Origin: Perkinsus chesapeaki ATCC PRA-425
Taxonomy: Eukaryota > Protista > Perkinsozoa
Length of the DNA: 64,000 nt
Direction of reading: 5' to 3'
Assembly: GCA_013115145.1 (NCBI GenBank)
Contig: JAAPAO010000067.1
Coordinates: 31,111-95,110, forward strand
In this document: positions 13,675 through 25,884 of the stretch, piece after piece
How the letters are laid out: the number at the start of each line of letters is the position of its first letter
How positions within the stretch are numbered: the stretch's first letter is position 1
Notes under the pieces: generated by a model
Databases searched by the model: none
What the model saw: the letters and a program-made list of their open reading frames with translations, nothing else
Told to the model about the DNA's origin: nothing
Program-made: the position numbers and the translations under genes

Positions 13675-14099
13675 TGGTGGTAGAACCAAAGTTGAAACTA
13701 AAAAGGACGCATTATGTAATGTACTGCACAAGGAAGCACAGCTCACCGCGCCTTAAGCTCAGCTAGCTATCGCGTAGCTTTCTCGAAGCTTACTGACCCC
13801 CGTAAGGTGCGGCGCGATGTGGAGCGATATAGTATATTCAGTTCTTCACCCAACTCGCGTCAGACCGCTATCCTGCCAATAGCAGGGCACCAAAACACAT
13901 TGGCTAGCGAATCATCTAGTGATTTGTACCCCTCAGAGATCAAGCTGTTAGTGATGTGTCTGACTCAGTTTATTTGTTGATATGCGTGTGCGCCCTGTAG
14001 TTGTACGCATACGCATAGCTAAGTCGGTGCAAAAGGCTCCCTTGATGGTTAAGCTCGGCTTTCATTTATCTCTAACTTGAGTTACACCAGGGCGACTCC

Positions 14100-16720
14100 T
14101 CTTCCCCTCCCACTACTGGTCCCTTAACTGCTCAACCTTTACACAAGCTTACGAGTGAATGAAAGTTGAGAAACAGAAAACACGGTACAATGCATGACAA
14201 ACGTGTCACAGTCGTGTGACGCGAAATCCTGCTGAAGCAACCTACAATATTGCCCCATGCTTAGTACCAGCTCGAGATGACACTGTGTTTCCCGAGTTTA
14301 ATTGTTCGTATAACAATGACATGAATTCTCTAAATTTCCCACTCGGGTCAATATCCGAATCACTTCCACGTTGCGGGACCTCTGCAAGCAGCAGACTCGA
14401 TAAGTGCATGCGTGTCGATTGCAGCGTTACCACGCTCCATGCTCTAGGATTTAAATGATTATCAAAGATGGATAACTACACCGGCGCGTCAGTGTAATGA
14501 TTAGATGTAAGATTGCTAGGTCTTATGCTTCGGACACAACAGGTATATCCTTTCCTCGTTGAGTGAGCCTAAGTTTCAGCTAAATTTAGCCAAGACGCAT
14601 GATTCGAGCCTTCTATCGAATGCAGCATAATCAGAGTTACGCGCCTTGTGCGAACAGTTTGTTGGATTTCGTACACTGTATGAATCACTGGCTGATTTAC
14701 CACTCATCACATGTCTAGCTGTCCGCAATCGACCTTGCCTGGTTAAACACTTCCCTCGACACCACTCAACTCCATCGGCGCGTACATTTACGAACCCGCC
14801 TAAGCTATTTTCGAGAAATTCGGCTAGGCTCGTCGACGGAGGTGAATCGAGGAGTGGCAAGGCGGCCCGAGATTATAGGGCCTTCGCTATTAGCACGAGT
14901 AGCTATTCTATATTGTATTTGCCTCAATAATGTCGGCTAATTCAGAGTCTGAATTTCAAACAGTCCAATTATTAAAACAACTACGCTACCTGTAAGGCCT
15001 TTAAATCTAGCCAAGTTGACACAAGGGTATGGATGGATGGTACGGAACGTGGAGTAGGGCAGTTAATCAGATCCCAGGGAAGGTTCAATCACGTATTAAC
15101 CACACCAGCATCGCGCGCTTCGGACGGCTCTGCTCCCCTGGAGGCAGCAGGGGCGGTCACACAGCTCCCTGAAGATATAGAGAAGCCCTCAATTTGAAGA
15201 TCGCATTGGCGACGCCAACTTGGCGTCTCGTGAAGTAGAACGTATCTCAAAGTCTCCACAGATTGGCATCATTACTAATGATTCATTATTCGGTGCTTCG
15301 AGTCGGTGGTGAGCGGAGATCTTGTCCATTTTCGCAACCTAGATACGTCGGCCCTCTCAAACAATGGGGCCCATTGAATGGGCTCTCTATTATCAGTAGG
15401 GAGTTAATACAGTAGTAGGCTACTAGGGAGTCCCTAGTTCCGAGATACTCTTGGAAGTGATACGCGGACCATCTCCTACAGCAGTGACTGTCAAATGCTT
15501 CTTAGGAGCGTGACTGCTGATGCAGTCCGCTTCAAGTTCAATAGGCTTCAATAGGCTTAGAGTCCTACTCGCCAAGAGTCACTCTTGTCAAGAGCTGCAA
15601 TATCTTCATAAATCTTTATAGGCTCAACGTCAGATTTGCTTCCTGGTCTAAGCGCCAGGTCAAACCCTGAACGCTATTCTGTCATCTAATCGGAACGGAC
15701 TGTTCCCTCCATGCGGGATTGAATGTACCCTTCCTGTTCCCTATGCCTCTTCACGCAGCCTTCTCATTAGCTAGCTGAAGTTACTAACTGTCTTCACCCG
15801 CCTCATTATACTCAATCTCGCTCACACCTGTATAGCATCCGCTACAGATGATCTGTACCAGAGCCTTTTGTAGGGAGAAGGTAATGTGGGCTCCTTTTGA
15901 TCATCGGGGAGAATGATTCTCCCCGATGATCAAAAGGATTCTCCGGAAATCTGTAGTTTACAGACTGTATATGACTTTGCTTTTTTAAGTTGAAACGGAG
16001 CCCAATTTGACAAATCGAATTTGTGTCTTAATGACCTGGTACAGTACCAGGAATGGCGTCCATTGGAATACCTACCGAAAGTGGAGATACTCTCCTTATA
16101 GCAGGATAAGGTGATGAGGGAGCGGTGGTGTTTGAGGAAGGCAGATGTAGGCGAAAATACTTTGAAGACGAGGGGATGGATGTAGAGGGCAGCATAAGAA
16201 GACTGAGGATTTAGGGCACTGAAGCAGCTAGATCTTATTAGGAATTAGATAAATGATGTACTTTCACAGGGAATCGAACAATGGACCTTTCGATTGCCTC
16301 CATTGATCAGCTTTGAAGACTGCATGGCAATCGCTATTTTTCTTCCCACCAGCCACCCTTATTCTCATCCAAGCCGGCCCTACTTTAGGCTCTAAAGTTT
16401 AGGGCCGCCTTGGATGAGATTAGCGGGTTTAATTCTTAAGGGCACCTGAACATCTTCCTGGAGTCCAGGAATCCTGGTGCCCGAGCGCCTATCTGATGAG
16501 GTTGCGAGCAGCTTCGGAGTCGGCTTCGTCTGAATGCGTCCTCCGAGAATCATTCTCGGATGAGTCACTCCTGAGAAGGAATCGAGCAAGACCGAAAAAG
16601 TGTTTCTTCGGCACACGATGCTCTCGGCGTGTTTCAATGGAAAGCCTTCTTTATCAACCCTTTACCATGTATCCTGATGAGTGTAAGAGTTGTCCAACCG
16701 CTCTTCTGTAGCCGCATCTC
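14100..16720. mobile_element. Degenerate retroelement debris (Gypsy-like)
   Basis: QPRYVGP at 15335-15355 (+) matches the GPY/F-type motif at the end of Gypsy integrases. Surrounding frames are stop-riddled. Confidence 0.4.
15892..15938. repeat. Perfect palindrome, 23-bp arms, 1-nt centre
   Basis: TCCTTTTGATCATCGGGGAGAAT-G-ATTCTCCCCGATGATCAAAAGGA. Confidence 0.95.
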
Positions 16721-17002
16721 ACTGATGTATTAATATGCGTGAACTTATTAAGTACGTATACTGCGGTATCGTCGTGGTTAAACCACGGTGGTTCCTAGAG
16801 TTTCATCATACTATGAACTATGCTATGCTATGAACTGTTCATACTATGCTCTCCCACAGTTGGGTTGAAGTGGGACGTATATGTTGGATAAAATGGTACA
16901 GGATGATCACCTTTGAAAAGCTTTTCTCTTCTGAAACGACAGCAAAACTGTTAAGCTGGATGAAATAACAATGAATGAAGTAATGATGGATCAGCAGATA
17001 CA

Positions 17003-17570
17003 ATGGCACCACTGGACCAACTGGCCACTGGACGTAATTGTACTGGATCAGATGAGATCCACTCAATCGATTCTGCTCGGTCACATGAAGCTACGAGTCC
17101 TTGCATTCCCCCTACTGCTGTGGTCGGTCGCAGGTGTGGCGCTCTTTGCGCGAATAACCTAATTGAGCACGCGTACGGTCACCGTACTGCGGTGTAAGTC
17201 GCGAAGGGAAGATTCGCCGGAATCTTTTATCCGTGCTGTTGGTTCACCTACGCTTCATTATTCCTCCGAGGTCTCGAGTCATTAGTAAGTACCTCGACAT
17301 ATTGTACGTCGAAGCTGTATTGCCTGCCCCGCTGAGCACTACTTCGTAAAAAGCCTTTGGGATTGCGTTACCAGAGTCACCCATCGTCTACCGACAGTAC
17401 CAATCGACGTCGCGAGCACGACTCCGCCCACAACATGCCTAATTTGTGTCGAATCGTGCGAATTATCATTGCTAGTGCGCAAGTTGTTATTGCGCTGATT
17501 ACAGCGGAGCGAAACACATTCAAAGTTGTGGTTTACGGGTCTCTTCCACAAGCAACTCACCCATGAACAT
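17003..17570 (+). CDS. Possible small spliced hypothetical gene upstream of menF
   Basis: ATG (MAPLDQLATG) after an AG, several GTAAG donors and coding-like patches. No consistent model built. Confidence 0.2.
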
Positions 17571-17789
17571 GACAACTTGACGTAAAATCGTTTACCACCG
17601 AAACCCTAGAGTGGATTCGATGGTATTTAGGTGATTTTTCTCGTGACGTTTTGCGCTTCGTATGGCGGCGCAAAACAGCGCCATTTAAATCTGCAACTGT
17701 TCCCTTGCTGTATATCACATTCATATGAGTGTCGCGTTTACCTCTTAATTGTGGTCATTGCTTATGGTCTTTCTTGGTTTGTTGTAGAG

Positions 17790-20700
17790 ATGCCATCGCT
17801 CAGTTCGGCTCCCCCAGCAGCTCTAGGGGGTTCTATAATGAACTCCCATATCAAGTTGCAATACTGTCCTTCACCAGAAGTAAGCCGGGGACTGCAAGTT
17901 GACCTATTTTGTATCGTTGGCAAGTTGACCTATTTTGTATCTTTAGATTGCCTGTCTTCGTATCATGGATGCGATATCGCACTATGGACATTCCCAGGCT
18001 ACCACTGCACCATCTCATACCAGTAAGGTTGACCATGCTTCTGGTCCCTGTAAAGATACCTTGTAGGGATTCTCCGTATTGAGTGCCCGACATCTCTCAC
18101 CATCGAGAGCGCTGATGGGTTGCCGAAGTATCTCTTACGGCTATTACGTTACCAATGCTTTGGACGACAGTCTCGTAAGTATCTTGACGCAGTAATTGGG
18201 TTCTCAGAGCTGAGTCCTTTCCAAAAGCCTTCTATTTAACGCGGTGGACGGTCTGCGAGTTTTTCACATCAGGCAGGTTATTGCAGTGTCACCATGGCGC
18301 CTTGAATCCATTATCGAGTTCGTAATCGATTACCGCATTGCATTTTACGTGTAGAATGGCTGTTGAGTAGCAGCTGAACAAGAAATAAGTATTGAAGGTC
18401 TCCTCAGTCTGTTGCTTTGTCAGGTTCCCTATTTGTGGCGCGTGACTGTTCTTATTCTCTGGCTGGATGGGGCCAAGCCCACGTTGCATCCTCATTGGAG
18501 ACTATGCTATTAGCTGATACCGACAAGAGTGTTAGATACGTTGGAGGTTAGTTCGTGTCCCATGGCAACTTAGCTCCATTTTATTAATTTAACTTTTACG
18601 TGCTAATTTCAAGCATTTCCGACTCGATATATTACTGACTTCAGTTTGATATTTCCGACATTTCGTATAATATTTTCAATTTTCGGTGAATTTCGGGGCG
18701 CTTTTTGTCTTGAATAATGAGAGATAAATGTGGCCAATGATCTCACAAACCACATCGGAACCTCTCCAGAGTTCTTGGTAGTTTTGTTTCCATCAGTCTG
18801 CCACTTTTCCCGTATTAGCACTCTCCGTCTCGGAATCACCCATTGCTATCGCACACTTGACTTGTCGTCATTCTCTCAGGCCGCCGATTCGACGAGGATC
18901 GAGCGGTAGGCCATGAATGGCGCGATTTCTTCCGCGATCCAACTCAAGAGTAATGCCGCAGTAGTAAACTGCTGCCTGGTTGATCGTCTCTATCATCAGG
19001 TACTGGGTACTACCTCGTCTGGAGATATCAACAGATGGTATCTTTCCTGATATCACGTGCACGGTCGCAGCTAATCTGCTTTATGACGATCGCACTGGCA
19101 ATATTCTTAAAGGAGAATCGGATGAGGGTAGTATTTTATGGGTGTTGTGGCGGGAGCGGTAGAGGTGATTTTCAGCTCTGTCAACATTGGTCTCCTTTAA
19201 ATGGCCGACGATGCTCAGCGATCTTAGTACTGGTCCGGCCCCTCTGCCACCCCTCTCTGGCGATATAGCGCAGGCAAACACGCTGGAAGAGTAATAATGG
19301 TTGCGGGGTTCGAACGCAGGACCTTCGGATTAATTTGAAGAGGATCGGCGCTCGACTATTAGGCTAACATTTCTCTTAGATACACTGATACTGTCAACAC
19401 AGCTATTTCCAAATTCCGTAACGGTTCTTTAGATAAAGTGGTAAGCTGCTAATCTATTGCATACCGCTCCTCCCTTATATAGTAATGCTTTTGCAGGTAA
19501 TTTCCCTTCGGTCCACGTTAAGTTTTGTTGATTCCGCCAACCCGATGGATCCCATCGATTGGCTTATTACTGTTGTTGAAGCAGTACCGGATACCAAAAG
19601 ATATGTAATATATTTACCACGCGGGATGCTGCTCCTGCCACGTCGAGAAAAAATCATGTGGAAAAATTCTTGGTGTTTCCGTGCTTCCCTACTCTGTGCA
19701 GCGAAGTTTGAATGCATTATAATCTCTTCCCACCGCCTATCACTATCATTGAAGGTTTCATTTAGAAGGTCGTTCCTAGGAGGGTTTTCTCATTCTTGTC
19801 TTATGTCAGACTATCTATCTGGAGCCCCCGGTCGGCGGTGACAGTGCTTTCGTTTGCCTAACTCCCGAAAGACTTTGCCGTGTTGTGGGTGGCCATATCG
19901 ATACGGAGGCGGTCGCTGGCACTTGGAAACCATCTGAGATCAACACTAAAGATGAAGTAAAGGCTTCGAGAGGGGATGGTAGTGTAGTTCGCTTCAGGCC
20001 GATGTAAAGCGAACTACCGAGCATAGCACCGTGACTAAGTACATAAAGGGCATACTTTGTCGGAAGGCACATGACGTAAGGGTCGGGGAATTGTGGGCCA
20101 ATTTGGTTACATTAAATTGCTTATATTGATACTTGCTATATCTTACCATGCTTGATATATTTACTAATGTGTGGTTAGCTTTTATAGCATTATCTTTTAA
20201 TACCGTATTTCTCTCAACTTTATGATAGGTAGTACGTGTCTGTAACCTTTTCATTATCAGGTACACGTTAGTAAGGTTCATCTATTGAAATTAAAGGAGT
20301 TGGTGCATTGCAAGCAGATGCTTGAGGGAACAGTTGACTTGGTCTCCAACTGTGCTGAAACTAACGTCAATGGTAGTAGTATTACTACTTTAGGCTAGTA
20401 CTAGGATCTAGCATTTCCTACTACTGTAGTAGGAAATGCTGATACCTCTATTCTCAGCGCAGTATGGCTATAGTCTCTCGGCACTCCTTGCTTGATGTGG
20501 CTTTGGAGGTCCACCGAAAAGCCTTATGTTTATGCTCTTTAATGAACTTAAAACTGAACGAAGAGTATGTTTTATTTATTTAAACTCGTCTTTGTCACAT
20601 TCTGCATGCTTCTCAGAATCGATCTACTGTACATTGGTTCTAAGGTACTGTTGAAGCCCCAAGGACCGGCCGAGAGGTGCTCGAGTGGCTGCTCCGAGAT

Positions 20701-21295
20701 CTGCATCCTACTCCGGCGGTGGGAGGTCAACCGTTAAAAGATGCTATGACATTTATTAGAGCTCGAGAGCCGTTTGATAGAGGTACTTACTATTATTATT
20801 GTCCCTCGATGAGCATTCCATCACAGGCTTCTTTGCGGCACCATGCGGGGTGGTATCATCAGACGGCGGAGAGCTTGCAGTGTCCTTGAGGAGCGCTTTG
20901 GTGGAGCGTCGTCATGGATCCAAGGTCATACATAGGGCTCGGGAGTGTCGGGAATGTTTCTTATCGGTCGTAGAGTTGTCCTTGATTTTCTACATAGGGC
21001 TGATCTTAAGTGTTTACAAACACCTGCGTAGGTTACGGAAATGCCATTAGAGATGCTTGAAGAGTTACTTAAGAAATTTATTTAAGCCTTATAAAAGTAG
21101 CGGTATCTTATTCGATAATAATAAGGGATGTCTTCAAACTAGGCCGCAGCAGGCTTTGATTATCTCATTAGTAGTATGCTTTTTGGTAGGTCCATGTGAT
21201 GGCCGGAGCAGGCCTGATCGATGGCTCAGTGCCAAAGGACGAGTGGAATGAGATACGCCTCAAAATGAGACAGTTTGTTGGGACTCTTTCTGATG
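17790..21295 (+). CDS. menF: Isochorismate synthase module (N-terminal part of a MenF-MenD(-MenH) fusion)
   Basis: Stitched exons: ILRIECP; RYVGG|RRFD...EW; YWVLPRLE; LDKV|VISLRS...DPIDWL; FVCLTPERLC...TEAVAGT; EHSTV; HLLKLKELVHCKQ; DLHPTPAVGGQP...EPFDRG; ELAVSLRSALV; VHVMAGAGLIDGSVPKDEWNEIRLKM. All follow the order of MenF/ICS motifs. Confidence 0.88.
20410..20440. repeat. Perfect palindrome, 15-bp arms, 1-nt centre, in a menF intron
   Basis: AGCATTTCCTACTAC-T-GTAGTAGGAAATGCT. Confidence 0.95.
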
Positions 21296-21339
21296 GTGAG
21301 CGGAGCGAAGCGATTCGTGAATTACGATTTTGCTGTTAG

Positions 21340-24300
21340 GTTCGAGGCCTGCTTTACAGGACCCGAAAGATTTCCCGAACTTCAACACCTTCTGGTGTGC
21401 AGTTTTTGTTGATGAATTAGTTCGACTTGGCATTAAACATTTCGTAAGTTGCCATCACGTTGTGCGTGCGTGCACGTGCGCATCCGTTGGTCCTCAGGTG
21501 GTGTGCCCCGGCAGCCGATCGACTCCATTAACGATAGCTGTTACGCAACATCCTCAAACGTCTCATATTGTAATGAAAAATGGATCAGGTTTGAGCGGAG
21601 CGAAGTTTTATTATTCTTGTTAAGGTTCACACTGATGAAAGGGGCGCGGCGTTCTACGCTCTTGGGTATGCTAAAGCGACTGGCTTGCCGGCACCTGTTA
21701 TAGTTACTAGTGGTGAGATAGGGTCGAAGAGGGTTACCCGCATTGATGGCCGATATTTTGGATTAATGGAAACAGTCGCATCAACAGTGAAATGTCAGAA
21801 AACTCTTTGATGTCTTCGCAGTCGAATTTATTTCGGGCACGATCTTCGGTTTTCGGAAATTAGATTGTTTTTTGGGTTTCGGCTGCGAGAAGCCAGGAGA
21901 TATGAGTGCGTCGGTTAACCAATTATACTTTACTGTTTTCAGGTTCAGCAGTTGCTAATTTGCTGCCAGCAGTGACCGAGGCCGAGGCCGCTCGAGTGCC
22001 GATGATGCTTTTGACAGCGGACAGACCCGCTGAACTAAGAGATACTGGGTAGGGGCATTATTGGTAATTTCGTGGCGCAGTGACGATTGTTTCCAGGAGC
22101 AACCAGACCACTGATCATATGGGTATCCTGCGGTCCTTCGCTGTGTGGTCTCGAGACATCGCTCCGCCGAGTGAAGCCTTACCGATTCGATCGCTACTGA
22201 GTGACGTTGATTATGCCGTTGAACGGTGTCTGAGCCAGAGGGGAATGATCCATATGAACCTCCAGTTTCGGGAGAATCTTGCGCCGGAAGGAGGACCAGT
22301 AGGGAATTGAATTGATGGTCTGGATTATCAAAAGGTTTGAGTTCAGGTTCGTGGTGGCCAGTATGGCGAGACGAGCGCGTTCCATGTGCCAGAAGATGGC
22401 CGGTTCACTCGTTGGCAGACGAGATCGACCGAGCCTTTTACACTTCCGGCTCGTCGATCGGAGAGGATTATCAGCGATGAGAGAATTAAGGAAATGATAG
22501 GCAAGTTGGAAGGGTTTTCCTTTCCCCGTTAAGGGCTGTATTTCAGGCTCAAATACAGTGGTTTTGGTTGTGGGGGCATTATCGTCACCGATGGAGGCAG
22601 CGGCAATCGATGCTGCTGCGGATAAACTACAATGCCTTGTGTTGGCTGACGTCACAAGCGGTAGTATAGAAGGCACTGGTGTTGGGTTACTTCAGCGGGA
22701 TACTTTGGTTGTTCGAATCTGATGTTCTTAAATTGTTTCCAGAGGGATGTATCACCTTCTGGTTCATTATTGAGATATTTCCGGTCGCAATAGCGCGAGT
22801 CTGACGGGGCTTGGGGGAGTTAGAGTCGCTGAAATTGGAAGTATAATTTAATAAGAGCCGTGCGTCATCTGTATTCAAGTTGGAAATACCGTAGCTTTCT
22901 CTGGCTTCATTTTAAACTGCTGCTATGTAGGTTGCCGGCGGGAATGCCTTCCGAGTCTATGTCTCGGTTCCCAGCCAGTAGTGGATCTGCTGGAGCTCAG
23001 TCGTCCAGTGGTTGTCAGACTGGGTGGTGCGTTGATATCTAAGCAAGTACAAGGATGGATGTCGTCCAAGATGGGGGGGCCTGTAGGAACTTCATACCGC
23101 TCCTTTCTCTGATCTTATGTCAAGGTTAAGGATCAAATCAGAGTAATTGATGTCCCTATCAGACATGATGTTGACTGGACAAGTAAGCAATATCGCTATA
23201 CAGATATGGAATCCTTCGTCCAGAAAATTTTCGGAAAATCTTATTGGAATTTTCGGGTTTATTCTCGTATGCGTACGTTGGTGAGTCGAAGTAGAAATGT
23301 TGAATTCGAAAGGTTCAACTGTGATTGAGCTTCAATTGTGAATGATAGCTTTCCCGTCAGGCACCACCACCCTCGATGCCACTTGCTCCGAGTTCGCTCG
23401 TATGGTTGATGATCTGAGTGTATCGCCACAGGTACCCCAGCCATGCCTCGCTTCCTCCAGACCCTGCTGCTTGTTCAGGTGCTCAAATCTAATAGGGTGC
23501 TTCGTGACAGGGTTAAGGCGATCAGTCGTCGGGTGGACAAAACCGTTGAAGATGAACTTGGCAATTCCTGTAGCATTGAAGCGCTAGACGTAGGGATCTA
23601 TTCCTGGCAGGCACTGAACCTAATATTTCACGAACTCTGGCTAGTTTTGTGGCGCGCAAGAATGAGGCATTGGTCATCAGTAGCAGCATGAGCTGTCGTA
23701 ATTTCGACACGTTCGTGAGTACATTGTTTCTTCGTGCCTGTAATCTCCAATTTTCAGTGTCCTCTCGGCTTGGATCTTCCTCGGGTATCCTGTAGTAGAG
23801 GGGTCAGTGGCATCGACGGCACAATAAGTATTTGCCTGCTTCGCTCCGCTCCTGTTGTTGTATTTACTTTTCAGGCACGGTTATTGGATACGCCTTTGGA
23901 CTTGGTCGAGCGACGAATCTTTTGATTGGTGATGTGGCTAGTATACACGATTTGAACTCGATAGTTCAGTAAGATTCTAAATGAGGTCGATTGGCTGCAG
24001 CTGCAGTTGGCTGCGTATCTTAGGTTGGCCAACTACCTGAGTGGGCGTGGTGTGATGGGCGACGTTAAGGTTCCTTTGGTTAAGCTTGTTGTCTGCAACA
24101 ACGATGGTGGCAGTATGTTCAAGTTCGTGCCGATCGGGAAGTATTCTGATGACGTTGGGTTCAATGAGAACTTCCGAACTCCCAGTGGAGTGTCATTCGC
24201 CGGCGCTGCTAAGATGATGGGCTTGAATCACTGCTCGACTGTCGATAGCCTCGAGAAACTGACCAATGCCCTCGATAAGAGCGGTCTTACGGAGATTGTA

Positions 24301-24544
24301 AGTGGTAGCGGAGTAGTCGAGCTTCGTTGTTCATGGTGGCAGTGAAGAGAATTTAAGCTATGGAACTTTCTCGCGGGAAGGAATTCTTGTGGAATTCTAT
24401 TTTGGAATCAACCACTGGCATGTCTGTCTGATAGATACCAGAGACCACCCAAGATGAGGACGTGGCATTGCGCCGGCGGATATCAGCTGCTATTGGTCAG
24501 GTTGTTGATGACACGCTTAGGCTTCATCCGAGAGTTAAATTAAG
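21340..24544 (+). CDS. menD: SEPHCHC synthase module (ThDP-dependent), in frame with menF
   Basis: [21 protein letters not shown]|[11 protein letters not shown]; [16 protein letters not shown]; VTS|[11 protein letters not shown]; [13 protein letters not shown]|SNQT; [10 protein letters not shown]; [10 protein letters not shown]|S; [14 protein letters not shown]...[10 protein letters not shown] (GD..NN ThDP motif); FRTP. Confidence 0.93.
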
Positions 24545-24833
24545 GTGCGCGAAGTGAATAGTGGGATTTTATCATCATTATAAGTTTATACACGTATCCA
24601 GAAACGTTTTAATCTCCGCCTGGGCCTGAAAAGATACTAGAGTACTAATTTTCGAAATCAATTATTGCCGTTCTTGATGAAAATAAATCACAGTAAAATT
24701 TCCGTAAGTTCCACGCAACTGCAGCGAGCTTTATACAGCGGATAGGTGGGCAGCAACTTATGAGAAAGATGACTGAGACAAATCCTGCAGCACTGGGGGA
24801 AATGATACCATGTTCATGTGTTACTGTTTTCAG

Positions 24834-25614
24834 TTATATCCGCGGCGGTACTCCTGGTAAGGCTCCCCTCGTGCTTCTACATGGCTGGATGGGCAGCGCG
24901 AAGTCCTTCTCCGATTGGCTTGGGTGTGACGAACTTGCTGCCAAGTACGACATCATTGCCATTAGTCTACCTGGTCACGGTGACTCGTTGCCTCTTGAGA
25001 GCAGCACTTTGTTCGATTACGGTATGTCGGCCACGATCCCCAACCTCCGTGGTTTGGTCAAGGAGTTGTTCCACAATAAGCCGGTCACGTTATGTGGGTA
25101 CTCGCTTGGCGGGCGAGTAGCTCTTGAATGGGCGCGTCGTGCTCCAGCGGATATCACTCGTTTGGTCATTCTTGCCGCCAGCACCTTCGTTGGTGGCCCT
25201 GCGGTGCGCGAGAAGCGCTGGTGGACTGACTGCGCCTGGGCTGACAAACTTGAGTCTCGCAATCTGGACCTTGGTCTGTTCCTCACCAAATGGTATGGCT
25301 CAGGCTCGGTGTTTGCAGACCTGCCGACCCGGAGGCCTGAGGAGTTCTTCGGCCAATGGTTGCCATCACGTGTCGGTGAAGCTGCTAATCCCTTAGGATG
25401 GGCGAAGTCAATGTTGGCCATGAGCCAGGCGTGGGGTGTCGACTGCACTGATGTCCCTGTTGATAGATTTGTCGCTGGTGCGTTGGACGCCAAATACTCT
25501 CGTATGAAGATATCTCTGGCAAGCGATAAAGATAGGATAATCATTCCAGATGTGGGCCACAGTCTTCTTTGGGAAGTTGACTGTGAGACCCTCATTCACG
25601 CTGCAATGCTGTAG
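24834..25614 (+). CDS. menH: SHCHC synthase-like alpha/beta hydrolase module, probably the last exon of the fusion
   Basis: PLVLLHGWMG, ISLPGHG, GYSLGGRVAL (MenH-type Ser motif), GALDAKY (Asp) and GHSL (His). The acceptor TTTTCAG at 24833 is in the same phase as the menD donor at 24545. Confidence 0.85.
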
Positions 25615-25884
25615 ACTTGTAGTAACTACTTCTTTACTCCTATCGAGTCATTAGCGCCTCATGCTGCGCTTAGTGTTTCTAAACGCCTATTGCTTGAGCG
25701 ATCTTATGTTGTGTTTTAGAGTAATCTTGAACGTCAGCTAATGCTGTCTCTATGAAAAAAGCGACCTTAATTATTGCAGACACAGTCTCCTCGTTAGCTT
25801 CATACTGTAAACAGACCTACACTGATATCGCAGCCTTGATAATGAGATACAAATTTCTACACCTGTTCATCTGCTATAGGAGGA

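Noticed and set aside
18430-18446. TTTGTGGCGCGTGAC as another copy of the intronic motif (likewise 23645-23658)
   Set aside because: Both fall in coding frames (SLFVARD in MenF, SFVARKN in MenD), so they were not counted.
25017-25595. 192-aa antisense ORF (also 36949-37473 and 28674-28982)
   Set aside because: Shadow frames of well-supported genes on the other strand.
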